DNA from: Octopus bimaculoides
Lineage: Eukaryota
Assembly (NCBI RefSeq): GCF_001194135.2
Contig: NC_068984.1
Span: forward strand, 138,358,271 to 138,391,957
Reading direction: 5' to 3'
DNA length: 33,687 nucleotides
Made by a program: the position numbers and the translations under genes. Below the pieces are notes generated by a model. The model did no database searches. It was given only the letters and a program-made list of their open reading frames with translations, and was not told the origin of the DNA. The stretch's first letter is position 1. Each line of letters opens with the position of its first letter. This document shows, in pieces, positions 22,104-33,080 of this stretch.

Positions 22104-23313
22104 TACCAGACAGTACTTCATGCAAATTGTACAAAGTGTAATGATTTTGTACTTGAATCTCTTGGAACTTTATATGAATTTATAATGTTTATTCAGCAGT
22201 TGCTGTAGTGAGAAAGGAAGCTTTCAGTGTAAGCTGAATCTTCCTTCCTCGATATGATCAAAGAAACACCATATACTTATGCATTTATATGTACACTCAC
22301 TCATATATGTAGAAACATATAACAAAATACAAAAAAAAAAAAAACAGGCGTACATTTATGAATCANNNNNNNNNNATGAATCAGCTTAAGTAAGTCATTA
22401 ATAGCACTAATTAGAATAAAAACACGTTTATTCAATTCAAATTCAGTGAAAAATCAGCTTTTTGCTTTTTTTATATTTTTCGTTTGGTTCTTCTTTATAG
22501 TTGTACCGGTTGTCTATTTATCATTTATCAAGATTAGTTTTGAATATAATACTTTTGCAGTTAACAGGAAGTCTGAGTGACCATACCGTTGTCGTCTCAC
22601 GGGTGATAGCTTAAAAACAAATAATTCACAATGCAAAAATAAAAAAAAAAAACAGAACTTTTTAAAAAAATGGGAATGAAAATAATAATAAAAATAATAA
22701 AATAGCAATAATAAAATTATAATGGTAAAACTTCTTCCTGAAGTATCATTAACGTATTCTCAAGACGACTGTTTAAACTTAACACTCCCTGAGTCACTAC
22801 ATTTAACCGGCTCACAGTTACTATTATTTCTAGTGATAGTCAAGTAACCTTCTTTAGAGAACTAGAACAACAGCAACAACAACAAAAAACAACAAAAACA
22901 ACAACAGTAAAACGTTTGTGAATATATTCTGTTATCTGTTGTTGCAGTGTATTCCAGGCGATTTCGTCAGGACAAATTGTGGTTGAGAATAATTTGCAAA
23001 TTTTATCAGTGCAGTCACTATCTCGAGCAATATGTTTATCATTCGTCCAAAATAAACACTCTTAGTCCGAGCTCTTCCTGCTTCACCATTCACAAACATG
23101 GGCTAAGGGATGCTTACAGCGGTGACTGCTAGCTACGAAACTAATTTCATCTCGTTCTTTCTCACTTTTCTCCTCCCCCTCTCTCTCTCTCTTCCGCTCT
23201 CTCTTTCTTTGCCTCTAAACTCTCCTATATTCTTTCTGTCTTTCAATCTTTCTTCCCTCTGTCTCATAGACTGCTTTTCTACATTTTAGGAAGAAGATCA
23301 TGCTCTTTATAAA

Positions 23314-23863
23314 TATTGGGTTGTCCGGAAAGTTCGTGCCGATTTATAGCAGCTTACCTTTCGACTTATTTTAGAACATGGTTGAGTCCATAAAATAGAA
23401 TTTGACTACACCTCCATTTAGAGCACAGTTTAAGCTATCTTTTTGTGGAAGAAGGTTTATGTTCCTATAACCTGTAATAATTCTGTAACCCTTTAAAATG
23501 GAAAATAAGAAAGTTCATTTTCGGCACTTGATGCTTTTCTTTTTCCGTAAAGGGAAAAATGCGCAGTTTACGGTGATGTTTCTTTATCCGAAAGAACTGT
23601 ACGGAAGTGGTTCGTAAGGTTCCGAGCTGGAGATTGTAGCCTTATTGATAAAGAGCGATCAGGCAGACCATCCACTACAGATGATGACCAAATCAAGTCA
23701 TTAATTGAGAATAACCCACATTGCACAATCCGAGAATTGACAGAAAGCCTCAACCTATCAAAATCCGTTGTTCATGAGCACCTGGTAAAGCTTGGGTACA
23801 CAAATCGCTACGATGTTTGGGTACCACATGAGTTGAGTGAGAAGAACCTTTTGGAAAATCGGT
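23314..23863 (+). mobile_element. Mariner 5' half (mellifera-like), truncated after WVPHEL
   Basis: TIR TATTGGGTTGTCCGGAAAGTTCG; ATG at 23498 gives MENKKVHFRHLML..RKGKNA..RSGRPS..WVPHELSEKN. Confidence 0.9.
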
Positions 23864-24092
23864 TATATGTATGTATGTTTGTATATGTTTGTGTGTCTGT
23901 GTTTGTCCCCCCAACATCGCTTGACAACCGATGCTGGTGTATTTACGTCCCCGTAACTTAGCAGTTCGGCAAAAGAGATCCGATAGAATAAGTACTAGGC
24001 TTACAAAGAATAAGTCCTGGGGTCGATTTGCTCGACTAAAGGTGGTGCTCCAGCATGGCCACAGTCAAATGACTGAAACAAGTAAAAGAGTA
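23864..24092 (+). mobile_element. Family-E SINE 3' half (young-looking)
   Basis: GTGTTTGTCCCCCCAACATCGCTTGACAACCG...GGTGCTCCAGCATGGCCACAGTCAAATGACTGAAACAAGTAAAAGAG. Confidence 0.9.
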
Positions 24093-24192
24093 AACCCTGT
24101 TTTATAATAACATCGATGCTGTACGTGGACATCGTTGTGTTTGCTAACAAGTGTATTTTTGGTATTCTAAAGACAACGGAAGGTCTTAGGGT

Positions 24193-24501
24193 TCTTCTTT
24201 CACCCTTTCAAAGCCTAGCCAGGCTCATGGTCCCGGTTTCCCAGTTTCTATGGCGTATGTGTTCCCCACAGCTGGACGGGATACCAGTCCATCGCAGCGT
24301 TACTCAAGAAACAGGAAGAAAGAGTGAGAGAAAGTTGGGGCGAAAGAGTACAACAGGGGTCGCCACCAACCCCTGCCGGAGCCTCGTGGAACTTTAGGTA
24401 TTTTTGCTCAATAAACACACACAACGCCCGGTCTGGTAATCCAAACCGCGATCCTCCGACCGCGAGTCCGCTGTCCTAACCACTGGGCCATTGCGCTTCC
24501 T
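24193..24501 (-). mobile_element. tRNA-SINE (head C, V-domain-like tail) with TSD
   Basis: Head is nearly identical to 16400-16593. The tail has CTGCGATGGACTGGTATCCCGTCCAG..GAAACCGGG. TSD GTCTTAGGGT at 24183-24192 and 24504-24513. Confidence 0.88.
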
Positions 24502-24825
24502 AAGTCTTAGGGTGGCTGTTGAAAAAAGAAACTCAAAAAATGTTGGGGGTAAATGTTGGTTGCCTGAGTAGGAAATTAATGGCGTATTCTACTTTTGTTA
24601 TTTCCTCGTCTCTCCGAATCCCAACTGACCAAGTTTTCTTGCGAAAATAAGGAAAAGAAAGGAAAAAAACAATAGAGAAAACGAAAACCATCCTCTAGCC
24701 ACGGAGGACGACGTGACAGCTGTGTGCCTTGATTTACGGCTATTTATCATTGGCGCGAACTGATGTGACGTCAGTTGAACCGCCTGCTATCTACTTTCAT
24801 AGTTAAACAGTGTAAAATAAGGAAA

Positions 24826-24831
24826 GTAAGT

Positions 24832-24907
<76 letters not shown>

Positions 24908-25040
24908 GATGGTGGTGGTAGTAGTAGTAATAGTAGTAGTAGTAGTAGTTATAGTGGTGGTGGTGGTGGTGGTAGCAATAGAAGCGGTAGTAGTACTACA
25001 CTCCTGATGGTGGTGGTAGTGATAGTAGATTAATCGTAAA

Positions 25041-25073
<33 letters not shown>

Positions 25074-25132
25074 GAAGAAGAAGAAGAAGAAGAAGAAGAA
25101 GAAGAAGAAGAAGAAGAAGAAGAAGAAGAAGA
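24826..25132. repeat. Compound (GTA)n/(CTA)n/(GGT)n/(GAA)n microsatellite
   Basis: Directly visible. Confidence 0.96.
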
Positions 25133-25319
25133 GCGGGATGGTCTCACTCAGTCGGCCATTTGTTTTCTTCTGCGAACCACGCTAATTTCTTCCAGCTATC
25201 TCGGTTCCTGTTGATGAAGATGTGGCTGGATTCCAACGCCCCATGTCGACTGTTTTATCTCAGTCTTGATATCAAAATAATAGGGTGATTCCAATAATCT
25301 TCTCCTGGAATCTACCAAA

Positions 25320-25580
25320 GCGACAACGACCAACACCATCACCGCCACCGCCACCATCACCAGCGCCACCACCACCACCACCACCACCAACACCATCATC
25401 GCCAGTCTTATCTTTCATCACAACCACCACCACAACCACAAAAATCAGGGACGCCACCACTACCACTACTACCACAACCACTACCACGACCATCACCAGC
25501 ACCAGCAGCACCACCACCACCACCATCGCCACCACCACTAGCACTATCACCATCACCTCCACTATCATCAGCAGCAGCAG
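25320..25580. repeat. Degenerate (CAC)n/(CAT)n/(CAG)n low-complexity tract
   Basis: Directly visible; gives poly-P/T/H/V translations. Confidence 0.88.
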
Positions 25581-25893
25581 GTTCATTCGTGAAACGTGAC
25601 AGCGAAGAAGAGCACACATTCACTCTCTGCACACGACTAGACTCGGAAACTGACCACTGCCTTGAGGATGAATATAGTCTGTGTCTTTGTGTTTGGGCTA
25701 CCGCCTTTAACAACCAGTATTGATTTTGTTTGTTTTTATATATCCCTGTAATTTGGGAGTTTGTCATTACAGACATCACAGACTTAAAAAATAATTAAAA
25801 AAAAAAAAGAACTGGGGGTGGATTTATTCGAGTGAGCTCTTCAATATATACTGCATACATATATAAATATGTATATATATACATATATATATA

Positions 25894-26105
25894 TGCTGAG
25901 ACCCCCTTCGGTCATGACGGACCATGGGATTGCACCTAGAAAGTTACCCACCCAGGCACAAGTCCGGGCAAGGTTGTTTATGGAAGACCAGCAGTCGCCC
26001 ATGCATACCAGCCTCCCCTCTCCACGCAACCAGTGTTATCCAAGGGAAAGGCAAAGGGGCCGATACAGCTTGGCACCAGCGATGTCGCAACTCATTTCTA
26101 CAGCC
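25894..26105 (-). repeat. Duplicate of the 3' part of the SINE at 26422-26752, across an N gap
   Basis: Essentially identical to 26422-26632, including the flanking (TA)n. Confidence 0.9.
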
Positions 26106-26383
26106 NNNNNNNNNNNNNNNNNNNNNNNNNNNNNNNNNNNNNNNNNNNNNNNNNNNNNNNNNNNNNNNNNNNNNNNNNNNNNNNNNNNNNNNNNNNNNNN
26201 NNNNNNNNNNNNNNNNNNNNNNNNNNNNNNNNNNNNNNNNNNNNNNNNNNNNNNNNNNNNNNNNNNNNNNNNNNNNNNNNNNNNNNNNNNNNNNNNNNNN
26301 NNNNNNNNNNNNNNNNNNNNNNNNNNNNNNNNNNNNNNNNNNNNNNNNNNNNNNNNNNNNNNNNNNNNNNNNNNNNNNNNNNN

Positions 26384-26421
<38 letters not shown>

Positions 26422-26748
26422 GCTGAGACCCCCTTCGGTCATGACGGACCATGGGATTGCACCTAGAAAGTTACCCACCCAGGCACAAGTCCGGGCAAGG
26501 TTGTTTATGGAAGACCAGCAGTCGCCCATGCATACCAGCCTCCCCTCTCCACGCAACCAGTGTTATCCAAGGGAAAGGCAAAGGGGCCGATACAGCTTGG
26601 CACCAGCGATGTCGCAACTCATTTCTACAGCCGAGTGACCTGGAGCAACGTGAAATAAAGTGTTTTGCTCAAGAACACAAGTCGCAACCCTGTCCAGGAT
26701 TCGAACTCACAATCTCACGATCGTAAGCTCGACGTCCTAACCACTGAG

Positions 26749-26752
<4 letters not shown>
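26422..26752 (-). mobile_element. tRNA/CORE-type SINE (head B, tail Y)
   Basis: Reverse complement GTGGCTCAGTGGTTAGG..GAGTTCGAATCC..GTGTTCTTGAGCAAAACACTTTATTTCAC; tail ends CCATGGTCCGTCATGACCGAAGGGGGTCTC. Confidence 0.9.
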
Positions 26753-26831
<79 letters not shown>

Positions 26832-26917
26832 CGGATGGATGGATGGAGGGAGGGCGGGATATATATATTATAAATTGCATACTGAATAGCCAAAAACTTA
26901 TACTTCAAATTTCAATT

Positions 26918-26975
26918 CTTTTATTCTTTTACTCGTTTCAGCTTTGCAGCTGCGGTCATGCTGGAGCACCACTGT
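26918..26975 (-). mobile_element. Family-E/CR1 3' tail fragment
   Basis: TCTTTTACTCGTTTCAG..GCGGTCATGCTGGAGCACC. Confidence 0.7.
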
Positions 26976-27467
26976 GGAATATATATATATATATATTTCT
27001 TTTTTTTTATATATATTTTCTCATTTGTGAACATATATTTGAATATATGTATGGACGGAATTTAAATTTTTTACGGCTAGTGTTATATATTACAGGTTTT
27101 GGATTCCAAATAAAAGGCGTAAAAAAAAAGGGCCACTTTTATAATATCGTCTTACACAGACCGATAAAAACCACATTTAAGCATAACTGTCATGTCATAC
27201 CTCTATTTACTGAGGCAATGAACGCGATTTGTTTTAGCTGTCATTCTGCCAAGGATTAATGTAAGGGCGACTTTTCTCGTGTTATGATCGGATTTAATAG
27301 ATTAAGTGATACCGTGTAACCTCTTACAGGTTCTGTGCGATATCTATCGTAAAGAGCCTTGGTTCTGAAATAAATTAGTCGACCAGATGTAAATGGAGAC
27401 CCCCCAAAGAATCCACACCTCATCGTTATAAGCTGCAGCAGTAATGCTGTACATTTGGGAAGCTTAT

Positions 27468-27954
27468 TTTTCGTATGTTACTTGTTTCAGTCATTGGACT
27501 GCAGCCATGCTGGAGCACCGCCTTAAAGGGTTTAGTCGAACAAATCAATCATATTGAAACATATTTTCTAAAGGTCCGGCATTGAATTTATCGGTTACTT
27601 TTTCCGAATTGTTAAGTTACGATGATATAAACAAACCAACAATGGTTGTCAAACGCTGGGAAAACACACACTTACACACGCTCACACACACACACATACA
27701 CACACATGCACACACATGCAAGCACACACACACACACACACACGCACACACACACGCAGACACACACACATACACATACACATATGCGACAGGCTTCTAC
27801 ACGATTTCTGTCTAACAAAGTCACTCACAATGCACTCACCGGCCAGGAGAAGGTAATTGCCCAAGGTGCTGCGCAGTGGGAATGAACCCTAAACCATGTG
27901 ATTGTAAATCGGAACTTCTAAACCATACGCTCTTAACCACTACGCCATATGCCC
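27468..27954 (-). mobile_element. Full-length family-E SINE with expanded internal (CA)n
   Basis: Head GGCGTAGTGGTTAAGAG..GGTTCATTCCCACTGCGCAGCACCTTGGGCAA, internal microsatellite at 27663-27785, tail GGCGGTGCTCCAGCATGGCTGCAGTCCAATGACTGAAACAAG. Confidence 0.87.
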
Positions 27955-28321
27955 GTGGGCATTGATATCAAAGTGAGTTAACAGGTAGAGTGCGGGCCCC
28001 TCAGAGTTCCGGGACCTCGGGCAGTGCCCGATTGACAGACGGTTGAGTCCACTCCTGGTTTATGGTTACTTTATTTTTCTCTTCGTACAGTTACATTCTG
28101 TTCTTTATATGGAATACATAATTGCCAAAGTACCGTACAAAGTTCCTTACAGTATTCAGGCACGCTTCTTTACGCTCTAAATTCAATTTTAAGTTCAAGT
28201 TTGCCTTTCATCGTTCCAGGATCCAAACCAAAAGTGAAACTAGCTTTGGACACTAATTAATCAATTAAAATCTTCGTTTATATTTTTGTCCTTATCTTAA
28301 TTTTTTTTTTTTATTTTTACT

Positions 28322-28470
28322 TTTTTTCATTCAATGGACCGCAGCCGTGCTGGGCACCGACTTAAAAGGTTTAGTCGAAAATATCGAGCTTTGGTACTTG
28401 TTCTATCGGTTACTTTGTCGAACCGCTTTGTTATCACAGTCAAGGACATAAACATAGAAACTGGATCTAT
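28322..28470 (-). mobile_element. Family-E SINE 3' fragment
   Basis: GGACCGCAGCCGTGCTGGGCACCG..TTTAGTCGA..CTATCGG..CGAACCGCT. Confidence 0.7.
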
Positions 28471-28559
28471 CAAAAATAATGGGACAAAGATTTCTGGTGT
28501 GGTGTTGGGAAACACATCACATTTGCAGCAGTTCGAAGAAGAACTAACATCATTGTTAT

Positions 28560-28772
28560 TACTGAGTTAGCAGAATCGTTAGCGCGTCGGACAAATTGCT
28601 TAGCGGAACATCTTTTGGCTCATCTCAAATATCATCTAGGCCAGCTTTGCCTTTCATCCTTTCGAGGTCTATAAAATAAAGTATCAGTTAAGTATCAGGA
28701 TCAATATAATCGACTGTCCCACCGCCCAAATTACTGGCCTGGTGCCAACATTTGAAGCAATTATTATTATTA
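28560..28772 (+). mobile_element. Decayed family-A SINE
   Basis: GCAGAATCGTTAGC head, CTTTGCCTTTCATCCTTTCGAGGTC core, GGCCTGGTGCCAACATTTGAA and an (ATT)n tail. Confidence 0.82.
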
Positions 28773-28800
28773 AGAGCAAAGCGGTGGTGTAAATAAATTA

Positions 28801-28838
<38 letters not shown>

Positions 28839-30069
28839 NNNNNNNNNNNNNNNNNNNNNNNNNNNNNNNNNNNNNNNNNNNNNNNNNNNNNNNNNNNNNN
28901 NNNNNNNNNNNNNNNNNNNNNNNNNNNNNNNNNNNNNNNNNNNNNNNNNNNNNNNNNNNNNNNNNNNNNNNNNNNNNNNNNNNNNNNNNNNNNNNNNNNN
29001 NNNNNNNNNNNNNNNNNNNNNNNNNNNNNNNNNNNNNNNNNNNNNNNNNNNNNNNNNNNNNNNNNNNNNNNNNNNNNNNNNNNNNNNNNNNNNNNNNNNN
29101 NNNNNNNNNNNNNNNNNNNNNNNNNNNNNNNNNNNNNNNNNNNNNNNNNNNNNNNNNNNNNNNNNNNNNNNNNNNNNNNNNNNNNNNNNNNNNNNNNNNN
29201 NNNNNNNNNNNNNNNNNNNNNNNNNNNNNNNNNNNNNNNNNNNNNNNNNNNNNNNNNNNNNNNNNNNNNNNNNNNNNNNNNNNNNNNNNNNNNNNNNNNN
29301 NNNNNNNNNNNNNNNNNNNNNNNNNNNNNNNNNNNNNNNNNNNNNNNNNNNNNNNNNNNNNNNNNNNNNNNNNNNNNNNNNNNNNNNNNNNNNNNNNNNN
29401 NNNNNNNNNNNNNNNNNNNNNNNNNNNNNNNNNNNNNNNNNNNNNNNNNNNNNNNNNNNNNNNNNNNNNNNNNNNNNNNNNNNNNNNNNNNNNNNNNNNN
29501 NNNNNNNNNNNNNNNNNNNNNNNNNNNNNNNNNNNNNNNNNNNNNNNNNNNNNNNNNNNNNNNNNNNNNNNNNNNNNCTCTCAGTTTTAGTGAAAAAAAA
29601 AATTTTGAAAAAAAAATTTCAAAAAAACCCCAAAAAAGTCCAGGCAATGAAACGGTGGGGAAGTGTCAGTAAATATACAAGAAGTATATCAGTAAGTAAA
29701 TAAACAAAGTTATCCATTATTCTAATCTAACAACGGATGCCTTAAATTGACGCAGCATGGCTGCACTACGTACTGCGAAGCGCTAGATAAAATTCACTGG
29801 ACCTCCATCATTGAAAGAATAACTTTAACTGCGCATGCGGCGCGCGTATATCCACTATCTTCTAATTTGTCCAAGTTAAATGGCTTTTTGAAAAAAGTCT
29901 CTCGTATTTTAATCTTTCTTTTTTTTCCCTCCTTCTTTTTTTCTTGCTCTTTCTCCCCTTTTCCCTTTCCGTCACAATCTCTGTGGTTCTTGTTTTCACA
30001 CTGATTTATCCGAACGTATTCATACAACTTTACTATTATACACAGACATATAAACTCACAATTTATACG

Positions 30070-30120
<51 letters not shown>

Positions 30121-30461
30121 TACAACTGTATCCCCTTCCATGAAACATGCCTATATACATACATACACACACATATATATATATATGTATATATATATAT
30201 ATTATTTCTTATTCTCTTACACGCTCCTTTTCTTTTTCTCCCACGTATACAAACATTACTTAAGTGAATATTGTTAGATGCCTGTGTGTATGTATGAGGA
30301 AAATTTTCCTACAAGCTGGTTATTCAGATAAAAAATGCTGACCCGTTAGATAAATAAACGTCACTCGTCTGTCAACTGCACCATCCAGCAAACAGAACAC
30401 ATACATGTTTTAAACCTACAAGTATACGTACATACACGCATTCACATACACCATGTGTGTG

Positions 30462-30560
<99 letters not shown>

Positions 30561-30719
30561 AATTAATTTCCTCCTATGGCCAAGAGTAATACAAAAGCAC
30601 TAGGGCTGTTTGGCTTCTTTCATCATTGAAAGTCCTGGGTTAAGAGAAGAGATTAATGACCAATTCCTTCTGCATTGAATTGAATTCACAAAAACTCATC
30701 AATATCTGTTATAGTCCAA

Positions 30720-30806
30720 GGTGACCAGCTGGCAGAATCGTTAGCACGGTTGATAAAACGCTTGGTGATATTTCATCCGTCTTTACGTTCTCAGTTCAAA
30801 TTCCAC
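30720..30806 (+). mobile_element. Family-A SINE head fragment
   Basis: GCTGGCAGAATCGTTAGCACG..GTTCTCAGTTCAAATTCC, then truncated. Confidence 0.8.
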
Positions 30807-30807
30807 T

Positions 30808-31175
30808 GGTACTGGTGCGTAACTGGTACTTAATTTATCGGCCCCGAAAGGATGAAAGGCAAAGTCGACCTCGGCAGAATTTGAACTCAGAACGTAACGG
30901 CAGACGAAATACCGCTAAGCATTTCGCACAGCGTGCTAACGTTTCTTATTTCTTTATTGCCCACATGGGGCTAAACATAGAGGGGACAAACAAGGACAGA
31001 CAAAGGAGTTAAGTCTATTACATCGATCCCAATGCGTAATTGGTACTTAATTTATCGACCCCGAAAGGATGAAAGGCTAAGTCTACGTCGGTGGAATTTG
31101 AGCTCAGAACGTAGCGGCAGACGAAATACCGCTAAGCATTTCGCCCGGCATGCTAGCGTTTCTGCCAGCTCGCCT
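30808..31175 (-). mobile_element. Head-to-tail dimer of a family-A subfamily with an alternative tail
   Basis: Full copy at 30946-31175 (tail TTTGTCCCCTCTATGTTTAGCCCC..GCAATAAAGAAATAAG) runs directly into a second copy at 30808-30945. Confidence 0.88.
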
Positions 31176-31204
31176 AGTTGTTTCTTGCAATACATACATC
31201 CACA

Positions 31205-31330
31205 GCAAAATATTTTCATGGACCCTTGATGAATTACTGTGGGTCCTCAATTTACTATTGTGTTTCTGCGGATCCCCAAAATTTGATATGGACCCTCAGG
31301 GTTCTTATGGACCCCGGTTGAAAACCACTG
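31205..31330 (-). mobile_element. hAT (Charlie-like) terminal fragment
   Basis: Reverse complement begins CAGTGGTTTTCAACCGGGGTCC with repeated GGGTCC subterminal motifs. Confidence 0.5.
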
Positions 31331-31364
31331 ATTTTATAAGAAGACAGTATACAGTTTGCGACTC

Positions 31365-32910
31365 TGTGGTTAGGAGACTCACTTTGCAGCCGCGTAGATT
31401 CACGTTCGGTCTCACTGTGCAGCACCTCGGACTAGAATTGGGTCATCCCATAAATAATGCGGTTTTTTATACTTCTTTTATTTTTAAAAATTAAGATAAA
31501 TAAAGTTTAAAAAAAAATATCTAAAATATATTCTCCTTCATTTTCTACAATGCTCTTCCATCTATATGGTAGACTTTGAAGGCCCCCTCTTCCAAACTTC
31601 ACTTGTCCCTGACGAAAAATACGCATCCACTATTGTCCTGACTTCGTCTACAGAATTCGTATTTTTCCGTCCAAATGGTTTTGAAGACTGCGGAATAAAT
31701 GATAATTAGATGGGGCAATGTCCGGCGATTATGGTGGGTGAGGCATCGTTTCCCATTCAAACCGCTCCAGTCTTTGGAATGTCATTCTCACTGTATGCAG
31801 CTGAGCATTATCCTGATGGAAGAACACCTTTCGTCTTGAAACCAAACGTGGTCGTTTTCCTTTTACCGCCGACATGAATGACTGGTTGAATGACCAAGTC
31901 CAAGCTTCTCTACGAGTTCCTCAACAGTTACGATAGGATTTTGCTCCACCAGGGTATACAGGAGGTCCTTGTCCAGCTCAACAGATCTTCCAGGGTGAGG
32001 CTTGTCTTCTAGGCTGTAGGTTCCGGTTCGGAATTTCTGGAACGACCGTTGACACTGGCTTATTCTTATTGTCCAATCCCCATGTACTGCATTAACGTTT
32101 TTCGCACTTTCCATTGCGTTGTTGCCTTTATCAAACCCATAAAGCAAAATATACCGAATATGCTCCTTTGTCACTTTCATTATAGCTTTGAAAAAAAAAA
32201 AAGATATTACAATCGAACTGCAATCATCAAAACTTGCACTAAGAATAACGATAAGGTATAATTACTACCTGTTTTGTTTTTTTATAGCAAGTTGATGCAG
32301 GTAGTTTATCCCGTCCCCCTCCGACTTTTAGCTCATGCAATTGAAAACACCGCATTACTTATGGGATGGTCCAGTATATTCTACTACAGCCCTAGATCAA
32401 CCAATGAATGAATTTGGTAGACGGAAACTGTGTGAAAGCCACATGTGTATGTCTGTAACCTATATTAAACAGGGCTAATTTAGTTATTTCTCTGTAGATT
32501 GAAAAACAAAATGAACAACCTGAAACGGTTTTCATGAGAGGCGTCTACATTAATTTGACCAATCCTAAAGAATCAAGCAACCAATCTGTTTATTTACTCA
32601 ACAATTAGATACAGTAGCTACAGAAAACTGGAATTACTCATTTGCATACCATAAGTGTTTATAGTTTATTTAATATCAGGGGCCTGTCAACGGAGATGTA
32701 AGTATGTATATACAAGTCTGTCTTTTAGCTTTTATTTGTCACCCATTCTATTGCTTGACAACGAGTGTTAGATTGCTTACGTTCCTGTAGTTTAGAAGTG
32801 TGCAAAACGGATGCATAGGATAAGTACTAGGTTTTAAAAATAAGTACTGTGGTTGGTGTGTTCAGCTAAACCGCATGGCCGCCGTCTAATGACTAAAACA
32901 AGTGAATGAT
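31365..32910 (+). mobile_element. Family-E SINE split by two nested insertions
   Basis: Head at 31365-31435, continuation TTCTACTACAGCC..GAATTTGGTAGACGGAAACTG at 32377-32455, 3' half and tail at 32700-32910. Confidence 0.7.
31436..32376 (-). mobile_element. Internally deleted mariner with both TIRs
   Basis: TIRs ATTGGGTCATCCCATAAATAATGCGG (31437) and CCGCATTACTTATGGGATGGTCCAGTA (32376). ORF MKVTKEHIRYILLY..; C-terminus HQDNAQLH..HPP*SPDIAPSNYHLFRSLQN. The WVPHEL/first-D region is missing. Confidence 0.92.
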
Positions 32911-33080
32911 GAAGCATTTTTACTTTTCAGTTTTAATTTATGCAGCTGAATTCACATGATAAAGTCACATGATAAAGGACTGATTTGTTCGAATTACACT
33001 ATACATATGAACTGGAGTTATCTTTTAGTTCCGGCTGACTTGATAATACGATTACATAACCATATAACATTACAGTAAGG

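Noticed and set aside
22945-23135. Possible exon after TTGTTGCAG
   Set aside because: Stops or uninformative peptides in all frames, and no clear donor.
25869-26632. Tandem SINE duplication
   Set aside because: Identical sequence on both sides of an N gap, most likely unmerged overlapping contig ends.
29578-29645. Odd homopolymer-rich stretch after the large gap
   Set aside because: Looks like low-quality read-end sequence.
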